NCBI GenBank assembly: GCA_000004985.1
Contig: GG738862.1
From: Naegleria gruberi
Taxonomy: Eukaryota
DNA: 64,000 nt
Strand: one strand, 5' to 3'
The notes below the pieces were generated by a model. The model had not been told where the DNA came from and did no database searches. It saw nothing but the letters and a program-made list of their open reading frames with translations. A program made the translations under genes and the position numbers. Positions 33,101 to 43,174 of the stretch are shown here, in pieces; position 1 is the stretch's first letter; the number at the start of each line of letters is the position of its first letter.

Positions 33101-36100
33101 GGTAAGAAGTGCTGCCTTAACCCATCCATTGGCTACCTTTTCCCATTTTGCATATGGATCAGTGTATCCAGACCAATAGAACTCAGCAAATATATTCAGT
33201 GCAATAGATGGTAATCCAATATATTTTTCAATTAAACAAGCAGTTTGGTAATAGCGTCTCAATAGGAAAACTTTGAGAGTGTTTTTAGGAAATGTGAATT
33301 GTTTGCTCAACACAGTGTTGTCATGAATTCTAGAAACACATTTACACCAAATTTCTACGTTTGTGTGAATAGCTAATTGAGGTTTTAGTACTGAAGGTTC
33401 CAAATTGAATGTAAGAACTGCACAACAATTAATGTCAATCAGATTTTGTCTAATTTTGGCTATTTCTAGAGGTGGAGAATCAGTCATTGTAACAATAAGC
33501 GTTTCAATGTCTTTGGACCACTTCAATATCAAGTTTCTGATTTTGGTCAAAAATTCAATGTACTTGTCAATAATTGATTGAGTAATATGAATATTGATAA
33601 CCCTCAGAGCAGCAACTATTAAAACTAGTACAACTTGGTATGATTTCCAGTTTTCCTTATACTTTTCCAATATAGATTCGAGCAATTCCAAAAGTTTTGA
33701 GCAAAACATTGAATTTTGTAATGGCTCATTAACTTCTCTGTACCACACATCAGAATCGTTTGGGCAATTTTGAAGCATGGATTGAAGCAGTAGAACAGTA
33801 ACATCTGGCCTCTGAATGGAAAGTTTTTCATTGGCCAAACATCTCACTATATTGTGCCACTGTAGTCTAAATCCTGCCCGTAGTGAACCATATTCTACAA
33901 ACTCGGCCAAACTTAGATTTGGATGACAGAGTGCTTGGTTGGCTATTACTTGATTTTGAGAGTGATCGAAACCACTAATAGCCCATTCCAGATTGGCATA
34001 TTCAGGTGATTCAATTTTAAAGGTAAAATTACTTTCCTTCATTGATGAATGAGTCATTGTGTATGTGTGGTCGTTACCAACTGTTGCCACTAGGTCACAT
34101 CCATTTGGTTTTAAAAAGCTATCCTCTGAACTCTGTACATGCTGCCGTGAGTAGTGAGTGTCAGAAAATCCTTTCACAGTACTACCAATAGTTGAGCAAG
34201 GTGGACGTCCAGATGTGAAATTCTCAAGGTAGCCTTGTTCTCTCCAAGTGCTTGGAATTTTATCTGTTTTCTGAACTCGGCATTGAAGCTGAGCCATACA
34301 GAAGAATGCATCTCTATAATTCATATAATAATTCGGAATTAATAATTCAAAAACAATTGCATATTGTTCCACATATCCTGAAGGTAAAAAATCTTCAAAA
34401 ATTGAAACATAAGTATTGTCCAAACTTCTTTTCAATGAGCATTTGGAGCAATATTTGGAATGCCTTGTATAGCCATGAACATTAATGAAATATTCACATT
34501 CCATATTATTGTATCTGTTATAGTTTCTTTGATAATCATTCTTTCCTCTCCTTACTTCTTCAAGCTTTTGTTTTTTTCTTTCTTCATTCTCTTTTAGAAT
34601 TTGATCCAATGTTTGTCTCATTGTCTTGTCGTGTCTCACAAAAAGGACACAATAGGAGTTAGCACTGAGTTTGTTTGTCAAAAAATCACATGGGCGTTTG
34701 GTTGTCTTATCGAAACGTGTGAAATATTGTTCCAATTCGAGAGCAAATTTCATATCACTCGGAGAATCGAGTAATAAATATTTAAATGTAGATACATCCA
34801 CTCCTGTTGAATATTCTTCTAACAGTTTGGAGCATGAAATGGCTATAATGTGCATAGCTTTCAAGAAGCCAAATAATGTCAGTATGAATCTGCTCTTTCC
34901 TATTGGATCGTTTTCATAGAATTTCGAACCTAAATTGTAATAGGCATCCATTTTCTTATATACTGTATCAGAGAATGATTTTCCCTTCTTACTTTCATCA
35001 ATGATTGTGAATAGCTCGTCTCTAACCCATGATTCATACTCCATTAATTGTCTTGTTGTGTAAATGTTATCATGTTCTTCCTTAGGAAGTGATGAATTCA
35101 AAAGACTGATTTCCCTTTGTTCAAAAAGGGTTTTGTTGTCCTTAATCTTTTGCAGAGAGTTACTTAAATTTTGAGAGCAAGAATCGGTATTCTTTGGAAA
35201 ATTAGTGTTAAATGTATCATTCTTTTTGATTTCCTGAATTGTTACATCCATTCTTTTTTGGATGAATTCCTTTGTGTCTCTAGTTGTAAATAATGCTGAT
35301 GACTTGGATACGTGAAGCATATCCTTTAACTTTTGATTATTCACCTCTTTGCTTAAGGTACTTTTAAGGTTTTCTAACTTGGTCGCTCTCAATGAAATTT
35401 TGATTATCATTTGCATTAGATAATCATTACTCATATTAATATACGTTCTCGCTTTTTTGCATAAATAGCTCATAAAATCCAGCATGAAAAGTTTGTAAAG
35501 AAACTTCCCCTGAATAGGTCCATATATTTTGTTGAATTTGTAATGCAGTGATGCTTTCAGGGAAATCCAGAAAGGAGATCTTCTTGTGCCATCCTGTTTA
35601 GGCCTCACAAAACTTCTCACTTTCTTTTTAATATTATTAGCTACAATATTAGTAGGACCACCAGAGAGTAGTGAAAGCATCCATTCTGTTATTAAAATTG
35701 GAGAAGAAACTTCTCTATCTTCCGAAACAACTGTTCCTTTCCTCTTTGTTTTTGCTGAACTCATTTCCTGACTTTCAGTCAAATAAGTTAATTGATTTAA
35801 AAATGATTGACTTTCTAATACTGGAATATTATCATCCAGTACTGAAACTGATAACTCGGGATAAGTCATGCAACAAATGTCACATTTATAAATATTTGCA
35901 TTCTTTGGATGACAAGTAAATGCTGACGCAATATACTTTGGTGTACTATCACTCGAATATTCGAACATTAACAAACAATTATTTCCAGTTAAATAGAACG
36001 AAATGCAATCATTACTTTCAGTCAGGTAAGATGTAATTGTTTTTCCCTTAGGAATGTCAATATCATTCAAATTAGATTGCACTGCAGCAATATTTGCAAA

Positions 36101-36415
36101 ATATTTATCCAACCACTTTAAGGAAATACCAGATAGTAAATTATCCGAATGTTCCTTTCTAAATTCCATCAAATGGTGCAAAACTTCCATATTTTCATCC
36201 AATCCACTTTGTTTTATCGTGTAAAACACATCGGAATACATTCTAAACATTGACTCTGATGCCGTCTTACTCCTCTGTGATGACGATAACGTACCAGAAG
36301 CCTTTGTTGGCTGATTATTGTTTGCATTATTTGCCGTTGTGTTAGTATTTGCTGTTGTTGAAGTTTGTTGCGAAGAAGAATTCGCTGATGGAACAAAAAC
36401 CATTTTTTTTTTCAA
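27188..36415 (-). CDS. Giant intronless protein (3075 aa) with an internal P-loop-like GEGKT motif. Resembles the DUF3638/DUF3645 family of giant proteins.
   Basis: Single uninterrupted 9.2-kb ORF. FNMGEGKTSVIIPMLVLAFN is Walker-A-like. About 90 aa downstream lies DILDESDEILHV, an acidic Walker-B/DEAD-like patch. The N-terminus is low-complexity and Asn/Thr-rich. Confidence 0.6.
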   Translation of the reverse strand: MKKKMVFVPSANSSSQQTSTTANTNTTANNANNNQPTKASGTLSSSQRSKTASESMFRMYSDVFYTIKQSGLDENMEVLHHLMEFRKEHSDNLLSGISLKWLDKYFANIAAVQSNLNDIDIPKGKTITSYLTESNDCISFYLTGNNCLLMFEYSSDSTPKYIASAFTCHPKNANIYKCDICCMTYPELSVSVLDDNIPVLESQSFLNQLTYLTESQEMSSAKTKRKGTVVSEDREVSSPILITEWMLSLLSGGPTNIVANNIKKKVRSFVRPKQDGTRRSPFWISLKASLHYKFNKIYGPIQGKFLYKLFMLDFMSYLCKKARTYINMSNDYLMQMIIKISLRATKLENLKSTLSKEVNNQKLKDMLHVSKSSALFTTRDTKEFIQKRMDVTIQEIKKNDTFNTNFPKNTDSCSQNLSNSLQKIKDNKTLFEQREISLLNSSLPKEEHDNIYTTRQLMEYESWVRDELFTIIDESKKGKSFSDTVYKKMDAYYNLGSKFYENDPIGKSRFILTLFGFLKAMHIIAISCSKLLEEYSTGVDVSTFKYLLLDSPSDMKFALELEQYFTRFDKTTKRPCDFLTNKLSANSYCVLFVRHDKTMRQTLDQILKENEERKKQKLEEVRRGKNDYQRNYNRYNNMECEYFINVHGYTRHSKYCSKCSLKRSLDNTYVSIFEDFLPSGYVEQYAIVFELLIPNYYMNYRDAFFCMAQLQCRVQKTDKIPSTWREQGYLENFTSGRPPCSTIGSTVKGFSDTHYSRQHVQSSEDSFLKPNGCDLVATVGNDHTYTMTHSSMKESNFTFKIESPEYANLEWAISGFDHSQNQVIANQALCHPNLSLAEFVEYGSLRAGFRLQWHNIVRCLANEKLSIQRPDVTVLLLQSMLQNCPNDSDVWYREVNEPLQNSMFCSKLLELLESILEKYKENWKSYQVVLVLIVAALRVINIHITQSIIDKYIEFLTKIRNLILKWSKDIETLIVTMTDSPPLEIAKIRQNLIDINCCAVLTFNLEPSVLKPQLAIHTNVEIWCKCVSRIHDNTVLSKQFTFPKNTLKVFLLRRYYQTACLIEKYIGLPSIALNIFAEFYWSGYTDPYAKWEKVANGWVKAALLTDSGFTAIAFNIVRGTFLVNGNPIGRLPDPITADAKYKRVFGNFVFDVQQATRPDAFVTSYDIDGCQLEFRKSMQFILKHGSETSILLSHKIFEYDLPAQFVENYSHWYDVTTNCVLFRPISFFSPKFKSSIAYKLDVTEKKLKEVGTERVLMNYFGETYTEVLKSISRIELKHNIHIFANNDEVLVELPRLGLHFELVNNSYLRSKEFSMIVCDSFYCGTLIGLSNAIMLKDENPNSSKKIVLVPNGEISTEKFKHHHLTRIDMTKSIDTPYFTYSVNEYMWQLEANDSLSSWLFLALLHGITSSVIVDPFTKLTGYESALKILKSARCWPMRPLSKLETSLLEAISSISPDRSFHPPKMKVNEKITWPKTNLSSLCLLDAYKLIVDSIVKKSEETIFLDGESGSSVKKSDEEDPLFLARRYYKAYLNYYNPIVRLRISSQKDVNYVETIKISSMTSYVACKYLASISKNNFQKISAVELINSVSSFNPEKKVENFLYDWKNIDLEDDFLTLYEAAKTQTPADFKVFISYLGYVFPEKKKMLACFMIINLFANSFRNQHSPLIFSSVDDLECTDFDEDDVINLLKAANSRLTFDDEDDHETFNNDIRTCLRFAEIAFNKEQLMEKNKFGRLNFIDKSEAVDHINNYLSTLYNRERVQKFLQGIKSVLQNMMNNAKGDITIVNITMENLQPNETNQTFDIQNFTKVQEDGNKLVFGLADVPEMAKYIFEKGDISPYCEKDVIKTLEHDVQLFSHDSHDPLYNEYILDLEGSYLTANNPNQVTSAQLPNISVILELKEKIWKALECKLSNFSDTAKSAIAECGISNRLCPYLLFQDLISDTEQYCGCKDLIGALAVLTTLEQRYNRLKLMNNDPNKKVQFDRELENSGHVNWSPKKFPQWLLLEIELDLMIRPRQYEVANHMLSSSTNMVLQFNMGEGKTSVIIPMLVLAFNEAQIPRLTVLKQLLQTNYTYLSFKLGGILNRKVIYLPFSRDLKITATDLKTIRSVLEVMEKERSILITVPEYRLSFELKGIEKAIAKESIAHDYLRLQDYFEKHCRDILDESDEILHVRYQLIYTVGEQKDLDMGNLRWILPQKIMRIVRKHAESLFNKLGASHVEFFTRGDSHTFPYFRVLDKTSYNQLVDLIVDDILEGRASEIFIPYKLNDRENIKKILTAETISQTELDILSTMSNDILKSEILLMRGIFAFGLLYHSLNKRWRVNYGVNPNIKRLVAVPYRAKDCPSDRAEFGHPDIAILLTLLSYYYSGLTNEQLDVVFQFLQRIESPDVEYEKWVYEMKNIPESIKHYKSINLEDFIQKTQVLYPALRNNMAVIDFFLNRAVFSRECKQFDRKISASAWNLCKESKFPTCGFSGTKAFLLPITIKENELPSLRGTTGELLKILLSKENEEYHVVKQAEITNFISELNANNQRVLIDVGALMLEMSNMNLCKYWLNSVTEQVADAAVFFNTQDQLVVLDRNGLIIPFEISPYKNKLERCLIYLDDIHTRGTDLKFPTGMKAAVTLGNGLTFERLCQACMRMRLLGKGHSVAFWASQEVDRFINDNFSQQLTIQERILKWSIHNRVQMENDHYLQWSTSGLLFYSKKIAKTEYDAKLKMDEYAEQCTENELFKISDFYGQERYEQYLLSIFEKRALHISKLFSIDISPSLELIRANINKRAHSKTIFSQILNEEQERELENELEEQRIVERPQKCDPAATVIDDTLELFMKKGILQEEYDVSIQPLKARPLSESLEETLLASPINWNHNIYATDNYLKTVSNASKNSPFFKPVTWLAYSEYSQTIIILSPEEANHYIQKLDKFSPTRILMFCSRTSPTSRIMIDEPAWSVPNNNFEIADKVLLNLLTDIHIFAGSLYFANQLEQDEFCKFLGIAPKPYAPNSKEEELFQQSIIDEFGLISRESLEGLPLLYKCRIFNRDAVKYLRTIINIRDKSCLFELSHLYNVLINNQKIVFK

Positions 36416-36583
36416 GCAATTTTATGAAATTTTTTCCATCACGTGATGAGAATATAAATTTATTTAATTTTGCGCAATCGGAATGAATTTTCGGAATTAA
36501 TTGAAAGTAAACAAGATAACAATAATAATATTGTTTTTACAGCAGCAACTTGTATTCAATTTGGTGAAAGTTATTAAAAAACT

Positions 36584-37150
36584 CTATTTCCTTAAATGTC
36601 TAATCAATTTTTGAATTTTTGGAGCATACTTGTAAGTGGCAATTAATCTAAAAGGTTCCAACAGACGATTCACAATGTAAGCCACTGCAAAATTAGCATA
36701 CTTTTCCGATTGATCGATTTTTGTGGCATCAATGAGATTCAACTGAATTAAATATTCCATCACTGCTCTTGTTGGCAATAATCCATTCTGGAATAACAAG
36801 TACAAACAACCCAATGTTGCAAAGTATTGAGAAAAGTAAAAGATTAAACCTGTAGCTCCGTAATTCTTGATGAATTCTTTGATTTTTTCGAGGAGAGTCT
36901 TTTTGATTGGTGGATTCTCCTTAGTTTCGGTTGAGGAAGAGGTTGGGTTGATGGTTAGAGGAGTTTGTTGGAAGGATTTCTCTTGAGTTTGTTCGTGATT
37001 TTGCTTGACAATGTTTTGGTAGAAAGTTCGAGAGCAGACAATGAGCGGTTCCATGAGGAAACTGTTTACGAAAGGTTTCGAATTGGATTTGGAGAGAATA
37101 ACAGTGGATCCTTTTGAGAGGACAAAAGATCTTCTTGTAGATGTAATCAT
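36584..37150 (-). CDS. FAM210/DUF1279-family protein, probably mitochondrial
   Basis: KEFIKNYGATGLIFYFSQYFATLGCLYLLFQNGLL fits the DUF1279 pattern ([KR]xYGxxxhxxxhxxSxxxhxxxYhhh). N-terminal MITSTRRSFVLSKGS is rich in hydroxylated and basic residues, like a mitochondrial presequence. Confidence 0.55.
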   Translation of the reverse strand: MITSTRRSFVLSKGSTVILSKSNSKPFVNSFLMEPLIVCSRTFYQNIVKQNHEQTQEKSFQQTPLTINPTSSSTETKENPPIKKTLLEKIKEFIKNYGATGLIFYFSQYFATLGCLYLLFQNGLLPTRAVMEYLIQLNLIDATKIDQSEKYANFAVAYIVNRLLEPFRLIATYKYAPKIQKLIRHLRK

Positions 37151-37306
37151 GTTGTTGTTTTTTTGTGTTTTGGAATGTGAAATTCAAAGCTGGAGTAGTG
37201 ACACTTGATTGTAAATCTATGTTCCACTGTGTAAAATAGAAATCCTTCCATTAGAATAAAGATCATCCACAAATCATTACGGAGAAGATAATTGTAAATG
37301 TTTATT

Positions 37307-40300
37307 TTACAATTCCACAATTTCAATTTCATCACTCTTATCTTTGAGTTGAATGACTGGATAAATATCATTCAAGAGTTGAGGATCATTGCTCACTGAG
37401 AGTTTCTTGAGAAGAATGAAAGGTTTCTTATTATTGACCGAAACCCAAATTGTTCCATTCTTATCTAGATTCATTTCAACAGTTGTTCCACTTCTTTCAT
37501 TTACAACCACTTCTCTCACTCCAGATTCTGGCATTTTAATTCCCTCCTGTCCACAGAAAAATCCATCATTCAAATAATAATACCATCCACATGTTTCATG
37601 ATTTGAAAAATTGTATTTCAATTTGCTTTTTGGTGCAAAGCCAAACATGATGCTTGAACTGATAGTGGAGAGGACTTTGATTTTGTATCTGAAAGTTTTG
37701 GTTAATACAACTGTGCAATTCCATTCACTTTGTGACATGCCAATCTTTTTGGCACGTTTTGGATTGGTGAGTTGAGCTGTGAGACTCTTTGCTTCTGAAT
37801 CGAATGTAATATCCACAATGGCTTGATCAAAGTTTGATCCACAAATGTTAATATTCGAACCAGCAAAATCATGTCCATTTAAATTACATTTAGATAAATT
37901 GGCACCAAACATATTAGAGTTGGTAATGAGAGTTTGTGAGAGGTTACATTGAGAGAAATCTGCCTCTGTAAGATTACAATTGGTAAAGACAGCTCCTTGT
38001 AAATTGGCATGTTTGAATACTGCTCTGGAAAGGTCGAGTTTTGTAAACTGAAATCCTTCCAAATTACAATCAGTAAAGTCCACTCCTGTGACACTTAATG
38101 AACTTTGCAACACATCCGTATCAAAGAAGGCAGAACAGAGTTTGGCTCCGCTGAGACTGAGTCCATCATTGAGGATTGACTTGATATTACATCCAAAAAG
38201 GATAGCCTTATTGAGCGAGCTGTTTCTCAATAGAGCTGAATCTAAATTACAATAGGTAAAGTTTGCTCCCTCAAAATTACAATTGGATAGATTAGTTTTG
38301 GAAAGGTTGCAATTGGACAAGTTGGCCAAACTGAAATCAGAGCCAAAGAAATCTAAGGATGACAAGTCGAAACCAATCAATGAAGATCTTGACCAATTGG
38401 TGGATCTTAGACTTGTAGATTTTCTCAATAATCTTTCATTAACCATAGAACCACTAAATTGTGAGCTACTCAAATCATATCCAGTACTCGTAGATGCTAC
38501 TTGTGTCAAGTCACACAAATTAAAGTTTACATTTCTACATATTGCCTTTTCAATGTTACAACCAAATAATTTAGAGATTTTGAGTGTAACTCCATTCAAA
38601 GAGGCTCCAACGAACTTGGAATTACTCAAATCACATCCAATCATTTCACAATTACTGAGAGTGCATCCACTGAAATCACAATACTTGAAATTGCAATTGT
38701 GGAATTTGGCCTTGGAAATTTGAATTCCAGATAAATCACAATCAACAATTTCAGCATCCATAATAGTGATATTACTCAAATCCAATTGTTTGAGATCCTT
38801 CTTGGTGAGAATGAGTGGTTTCTTTTGATATTTGGAAGTACTCAATAAGAAGGTGAAATCATTTTGAGAGAGAACAGTTGAATCAGTTGTCAATTCAGCA
38901 GTTTCCTCATCAATTTCATTGACAATTTCATCCTTGAGAGATGCTTTCATCTTGTTCAATCCGAAATATTCCGCAACATGACTCAATCTTTCCTTTAAAT
39001 ATTCACAATCAATACTAATATTACCATATCTGAGCCAATGCAATATATATTTGAACAATGCAGGATCACAATCAATAAAGTAAGAACCATCCTCACATTT
39101 TCTCAATGGATATTCACCATCAAACATTTTAGCCAACACTGAATTCTTTTCCAAACTCGTATCAGTAAGTGTTTGAAGAGTTGCCTTCATCTTTTTACCT
39201 CCAACGTTCAAAGTAATTGGTTGATTAGATTTTGGAAGCTTGACACGATATTTAGCTGTCTGATCCCATTTTTTAGTTTCACTCTCCAACTTTTCTTTAA
39301 GAGTTTCAATTTTTTCCTGTAACATTTTACAATCATTTTCCAATTTGGCTTGCAAATCTGCCTTATCCGCAATTTCCTTCTCAAACTTGTCCTTCTTTGT
39401 GAGATATTCCTTTTCCCAATCCTGTTCAGTTTTAATCTTTGATTGGAGACGTGAGAGAGATCTAGATTTGGAAGGACTAAATGCTGGATTATAGGCATTC
39501 GATGCTGGACTTGGCATTTCCTTCTCAGCATCCAAAGCAATTGCCTCTTTCACCAATGCAGCAATTGGTGAATTCTTAATCGATGCACGATAAGCAAGAG
39601 CTACTGAATTAGCAGATGGAGTTGTCTTTCCATGTTGATAGAGAGGATTGATGAATTCAATTTCTTCCTCATCTTGATCTTGTGTTGGTTGTTCTTGTTG
39701 GAAATTGAGAGAAACTTGACTTGCTTCTTGAGCAAAGAAATTCAAGTTGACAGCACTTGCGAATGGATTTGCTTTCTTGACACGGACAACTTTGACTTTT
39801 TTGACATTTGGTGCTGATGATGATTGTTGAAGATTTGTTGATGGATTTGATGATGATGGTGATGGTGATGAATTTTGATTATTATTATTCTTAATGATGA
39901 AAAATAATTATTATTCGAAAGTTGGTGAATGTAAATTTTACATACATTGATAAAGACACTTTGACTTCTATAAATTGTATTAGATGACAAGGCTCCCATA
40001 GAATTAAAATCCGTAATTACATGTTGTGAATCCGCATCCAATAAAGTAGACGAAACTTGTGGAGATTCCAAAGAACAAGGAGAAACCACAGAAGGTGATT
40101 CGTCCACAAATGATGATACTGGCGAAGGTTGTATATCCAAACTTCCACGTAATTCTTCAGCTTCATCAGGAAAATCCGAAATTTGTGGCTTTCGTGTAGA
40201 TTTCGAATTCTTTGGAGGAGTAGACGAATCTCCTTCGCCACCACCACTTGTTTGATTGGAACCTAAACCAATTCTGTCCTTGAAAGTGCCCAAGTTTAGT

Positions 40301-40308
40301 CTTCTCAT
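37307..40308 (-). CDS. KCTD9-like protein: BTB/T1 tetramerisation domain plus pentapeptide repeats. Two exons; the intron is 39890-39945.
   Basis: ITLNVGGKKMKATLQTLTD...YFIDCDPALFKYILHWLRYGNI is a T1-type BTB. Many A(N/D)LxG/CNLxx pentapeptide repeats follow. Exon 1 (40308-39946, 121 codons) joins exon 2 through GTATGT...TTAAG, keeping frame. N-terminal Ser/Pro-rich region and poly-His. Confidence 0.65.
39890..39945 (-). other. Spliceosomal intron (56 nt) in the KCTD9-like gene
   Basis: Minus strand: gtatgtaaaatttacattcaccaactttcgaataataattatttttcatcattaag. Confidence 0.6.
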
Positions 40309-40492
40309 TTTTTTTTGTATGGTTTTTGGGTGATTTTGTAAGGTTTCGAATTTTCTTGTCGAGATTCGAATAAAAATGTGAAAGGTGAATTTGGGTCGAT
40401 ATTTGTCGAATTACCAAAAAGAATAGTTTTACCAAATGATATCTTTACCATTGTATTAAAAGAGTAAAATACAATAATTAAAAAAAACAATA

Positions 40493-41242
40493 ATGAAAAA
40501 CAGTTATTCGAAACATTTGAATCGTCTAGTTTCCAAACACTGGACAAAAACCAATCAAAATTACCTTTCCTCTCATTCCAATACACCAATTCCATTCTCC
40601 TCCCAATCCTACAGTCTCATTTTCAATTCCAAATCTACCAAAGTTTCGTCTCCTTTCTTCCCAACCAATTCCTTCCAATCCTTTCTCTATTCCTCAACCT
40701 CAACCTCCAAACCAACTTCCACTCCAAACTCCAATCTTTCCAATCAAGTTTCAAGTGGTCGCGTTTTCGATAATTTAAATTCCTCGTCAATTTTATTTAT
40801 CGATCCAACGAGTGGAATTCCAATTGTTTTTCGAAAGGAAAAATTAGAAACTTTTCCAATGAATAGTGAGAAGGAAGCTTCTGAAGAGGTTATTTATCAT
40901 AATTTAAAGTTTCTGGTGAATAATTCGATTTTGGAAGAAAGTGATTTGGTTATTCGATTGTGTGAATTGTGGATTTCTAATTTTGGAGATCCTGAGGATG
41001 AACAACATTCAATGGTGTTGTTGGGACAATATTTGAGAAAATGTGGAATTAAGAATAAGAACATTGATCAAATAATGAAGCAAGTGAATAGTTTCGGTTC
41101 GCATTATTCGAATTCGTTCAAAACCAATCATTCTTTATTCAATAGGGGAAATGAAGAGGTGGAACATCAAGATGAAGTGAACATTGACCGATTATTGACA
41201 ACACACAAAGCATTTCCCTACATTCAACTCGAAGAAGAATAA
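40493..41242 (+). CDS. Hypothetical Ser-rich protein (249 aa)
   Basis: ORF with an ATG start. Low-complexity S/T/P-rich N-terminal half and an ordered-looking C-terminal half. Confidence 0.4.
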   Translation: MKNSYSKHLNRLVSKHWTKTNQNYLSSHSNTPIPFSSQSYSLIFNSKSTKVSSPFFPTNSFQSFLYSSTSTSKPTSTPNSNLSNQVSSGRVFDNLNSSSILFIDPTSGIPIVFRKEKLETFPMNSEKEASEEVIYHNLKFLVNNSILEESDLVIRLCELWISNFGDPEDEQHSMVLLGQYLRKCGIKNKNIDQIMKQVNSFGSHYSNSFKTNHSLFNRGNEEVEHQDEVNIDRLLTTHKAFPYIQLEEE

Positions 41243-41283
41243 AACCAAAATTTATCTTTTTAATTCCACAAAATGTGTGAAAT

Positions 41284-42963
41284 TTAAATTGAATTCATAA
41301 AATATTCATCATCGTCATGCTCAATTGTAGTTCCCATCGATTCTAGATAAGTTTTGGCATCACCTTTTATCCAGCCAAACCAAGTTGGAAATTTAGAGCA
41401 CCAAAATAATGCCTTCTCATAATCAACAGGAATTCCACATTCACCCCTCATGTATAATTGTCCCAATGATATTAAGACTTCTTTTCTCGATAAAAAGGAA
41501 CACGATTTGGAAAGTTGTACGAGCTCTGCAAATCCACGCTGTTTATCTTGTGCAAGAAATCCTTGAATTCCTGTAATGTGTTTCCTTGCTATCCATGGTG
41601 AATACCAGTCAATATCGTCTCGTTTCTGTAAGAATGTGTAGATTTGGAAAATTGTGGAAATAGGTAATTGAGAATTACAAGCCCAACAAAGTGAATGAAT
41701 TGTCGATTGTTTCATGTTTCCAACAAAATATTGGAAAAATTCATTACAAATCGTACTTCCTTTCTTTGATAGAATTGTGGCATTGAAAAATAGTTCACAA
41801 GATATTCCATGCCCGATTTGACTGGGAGAGGTTGCTATACGAGAAAGACGCAAATTATCAAAAGTGGACAAAGCAGAGTCGTTACAATAATTGGATTCTT
41901 CATAGTTGTTATCGTACAGAGGAAGAAACAAGGAAAAACATGTCATTGACGAAAGTACATTGGAAATTTCGTTGTGTATCAGTTCTCTCTCTGATTCATC
42001 AAATAGGTTTTCCTTATTTTGATTGATAATGCTTAATTCACCAAGAAAGCGCATGATATTCGAATAGACATCTTTGGAATTAAAACAATCACTTAAATTT
42101 GTTAAGGCAAGATTAGAAATCAGACTAATATCCTCTCTTCCAATTAATTTTACCAGAAATCTATTACACAAATCCATAGCACTCTGGTTTCCGTTATAAG
42201 CAAGACGACACAAGGCCAAAAAACCACATTCTTTCGTTTTTTCAAATAAGGTGACTCTCTTTAGTCCCAAATTCATTTCACTCAATTTTGTTTCAAGTTC
42301 AGTAGTAAACTTTTGGCTTATCTGACAAATCTTTTCAGAATTTCCCTCCTTTAAATATTCTAATAGTGATGAAATACAATTTTCTAAACTAGGTAAATTA
42401 TCATAACTCTGTTTCACATCTATCAAGCTCAGTTTCTTTGCAAACTCAACATCTCCATTCAACAATGAAGAAACATACCAAGCCAAACTTGTGGGCATAT
42501 ACCTTCTAAAATCACCAACAAACATGCAGAGTTCTGGATATTGGTCGATTATGAATATAATCTTTTTCAATAATTCACACATTTCTAATAGTGGTTCAGT
42601 GATATTGTCGTCTTTGTTGCTGTCCACTAAAAAACGACACAAAACAATGGACGGATCATCCCAACACAATTCATAAATTGTTGCTTCACTACCAATTTCA
42701 AACCTCACTCTCCAACTGACATCATTTTCTTGATATTCAACATGAAACGGAGCAATCTTTCTCCATAAAAAACCATTAATAAACAATCGTCCGATTACAT
42801 CTTGACTTGTTAAATTATGAAATGAAGAAGTACTTGAAGAACTCAAGGGAAATAAGGCAAATTCGACAAGGTATTTAAACGAAGAGGTTTTCCTCTTGAT
42901 GAAATACAGCAATCCGCCTCTTTCTTCTGCCTTTATCCCTTTGAAATAAAAGAACGTGGACAT
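41284..42963 (-). CDS. Sel1-like repeat (TPR-like) protein
   Basis: C-terminal FAELVQLSKSCSFLSRKEVLISLGQLYMRGECGIPVDYEKALFWCSK fits the Sel1 consensus (A...LG.xY..G.GV..D...A..W). 559 aa. Confidence 0.5.
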   Translation of the reverse strand: MSTFFYFKGIKAEERGGLLYFIKRKTSSFKYLVEFALFPLSSSSTSSFHNLTSQDVIGRLFINGFLWRKIAPFHVEYQENDVSWRVRFEIGSEATIYELCWDDPSIVLCRFLVDSNKDDNITEPLLEMCELLKKIIFIIDQYPELCMFVGDFRRYMPTSLAWYVSSLLNGDVEFAKKLSLIDVKQSYDNLPSLENCISSLLEYLKEGNSEKICQISQKFTTELETKLSEMNLGLKRVTLFEKTKECGFLALCRLAYNGNQSAMDLCNRFLVKLIGREDISLISNLALTNLSDCFNSKDVYSNIMRFLGELSIINQNKENLFDESERELIHNEISNVLSSMTCFSLFLPLYDNNYEESNYCNDSALSTFDNLRLSRIATSPSQIGHGISCELFFNATILSKKGSTICNEFFQYFVGNMKQSTIHSLCWACNSQLPISTIFQIYTFLQKRDDIDWYSPWIARKHITGIQGFLAQDKQRGFAELVQLSKSCSFLSRKEVLISLGQLYMRGECGIPVDYEKALFWCSKFPTWFGWIKGDAKTYLESMGTTIEHDDDEYFMNSI

Positions 42964-43174
42964 TTTTTTATATTAAGGATGTGATGAACTAACTCTCTGT
43001 TGGTTTTTCAACGATCGTGTGTGTAGTTTCCACCTTAATATTAATAATGTTAATAATATAAGTGTTAATTAAAAAATTAATGTCACACCTTAAATATCTA
43101 CGCAACACTAAGCATTCGTATACTAATTGAAATATTTTACAAATTATTTGGGTTTAATTTCCAAACTGGAAACA

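Noticed and set aside
27691-35919. Numerous 60-120-aa ORFs on both strands within 27188-36415
   Set aside because: All are embedded in or antisense to the uninterrupted 9.2-kb giant ORF. They are short, lack ATG context and carry no motifs.
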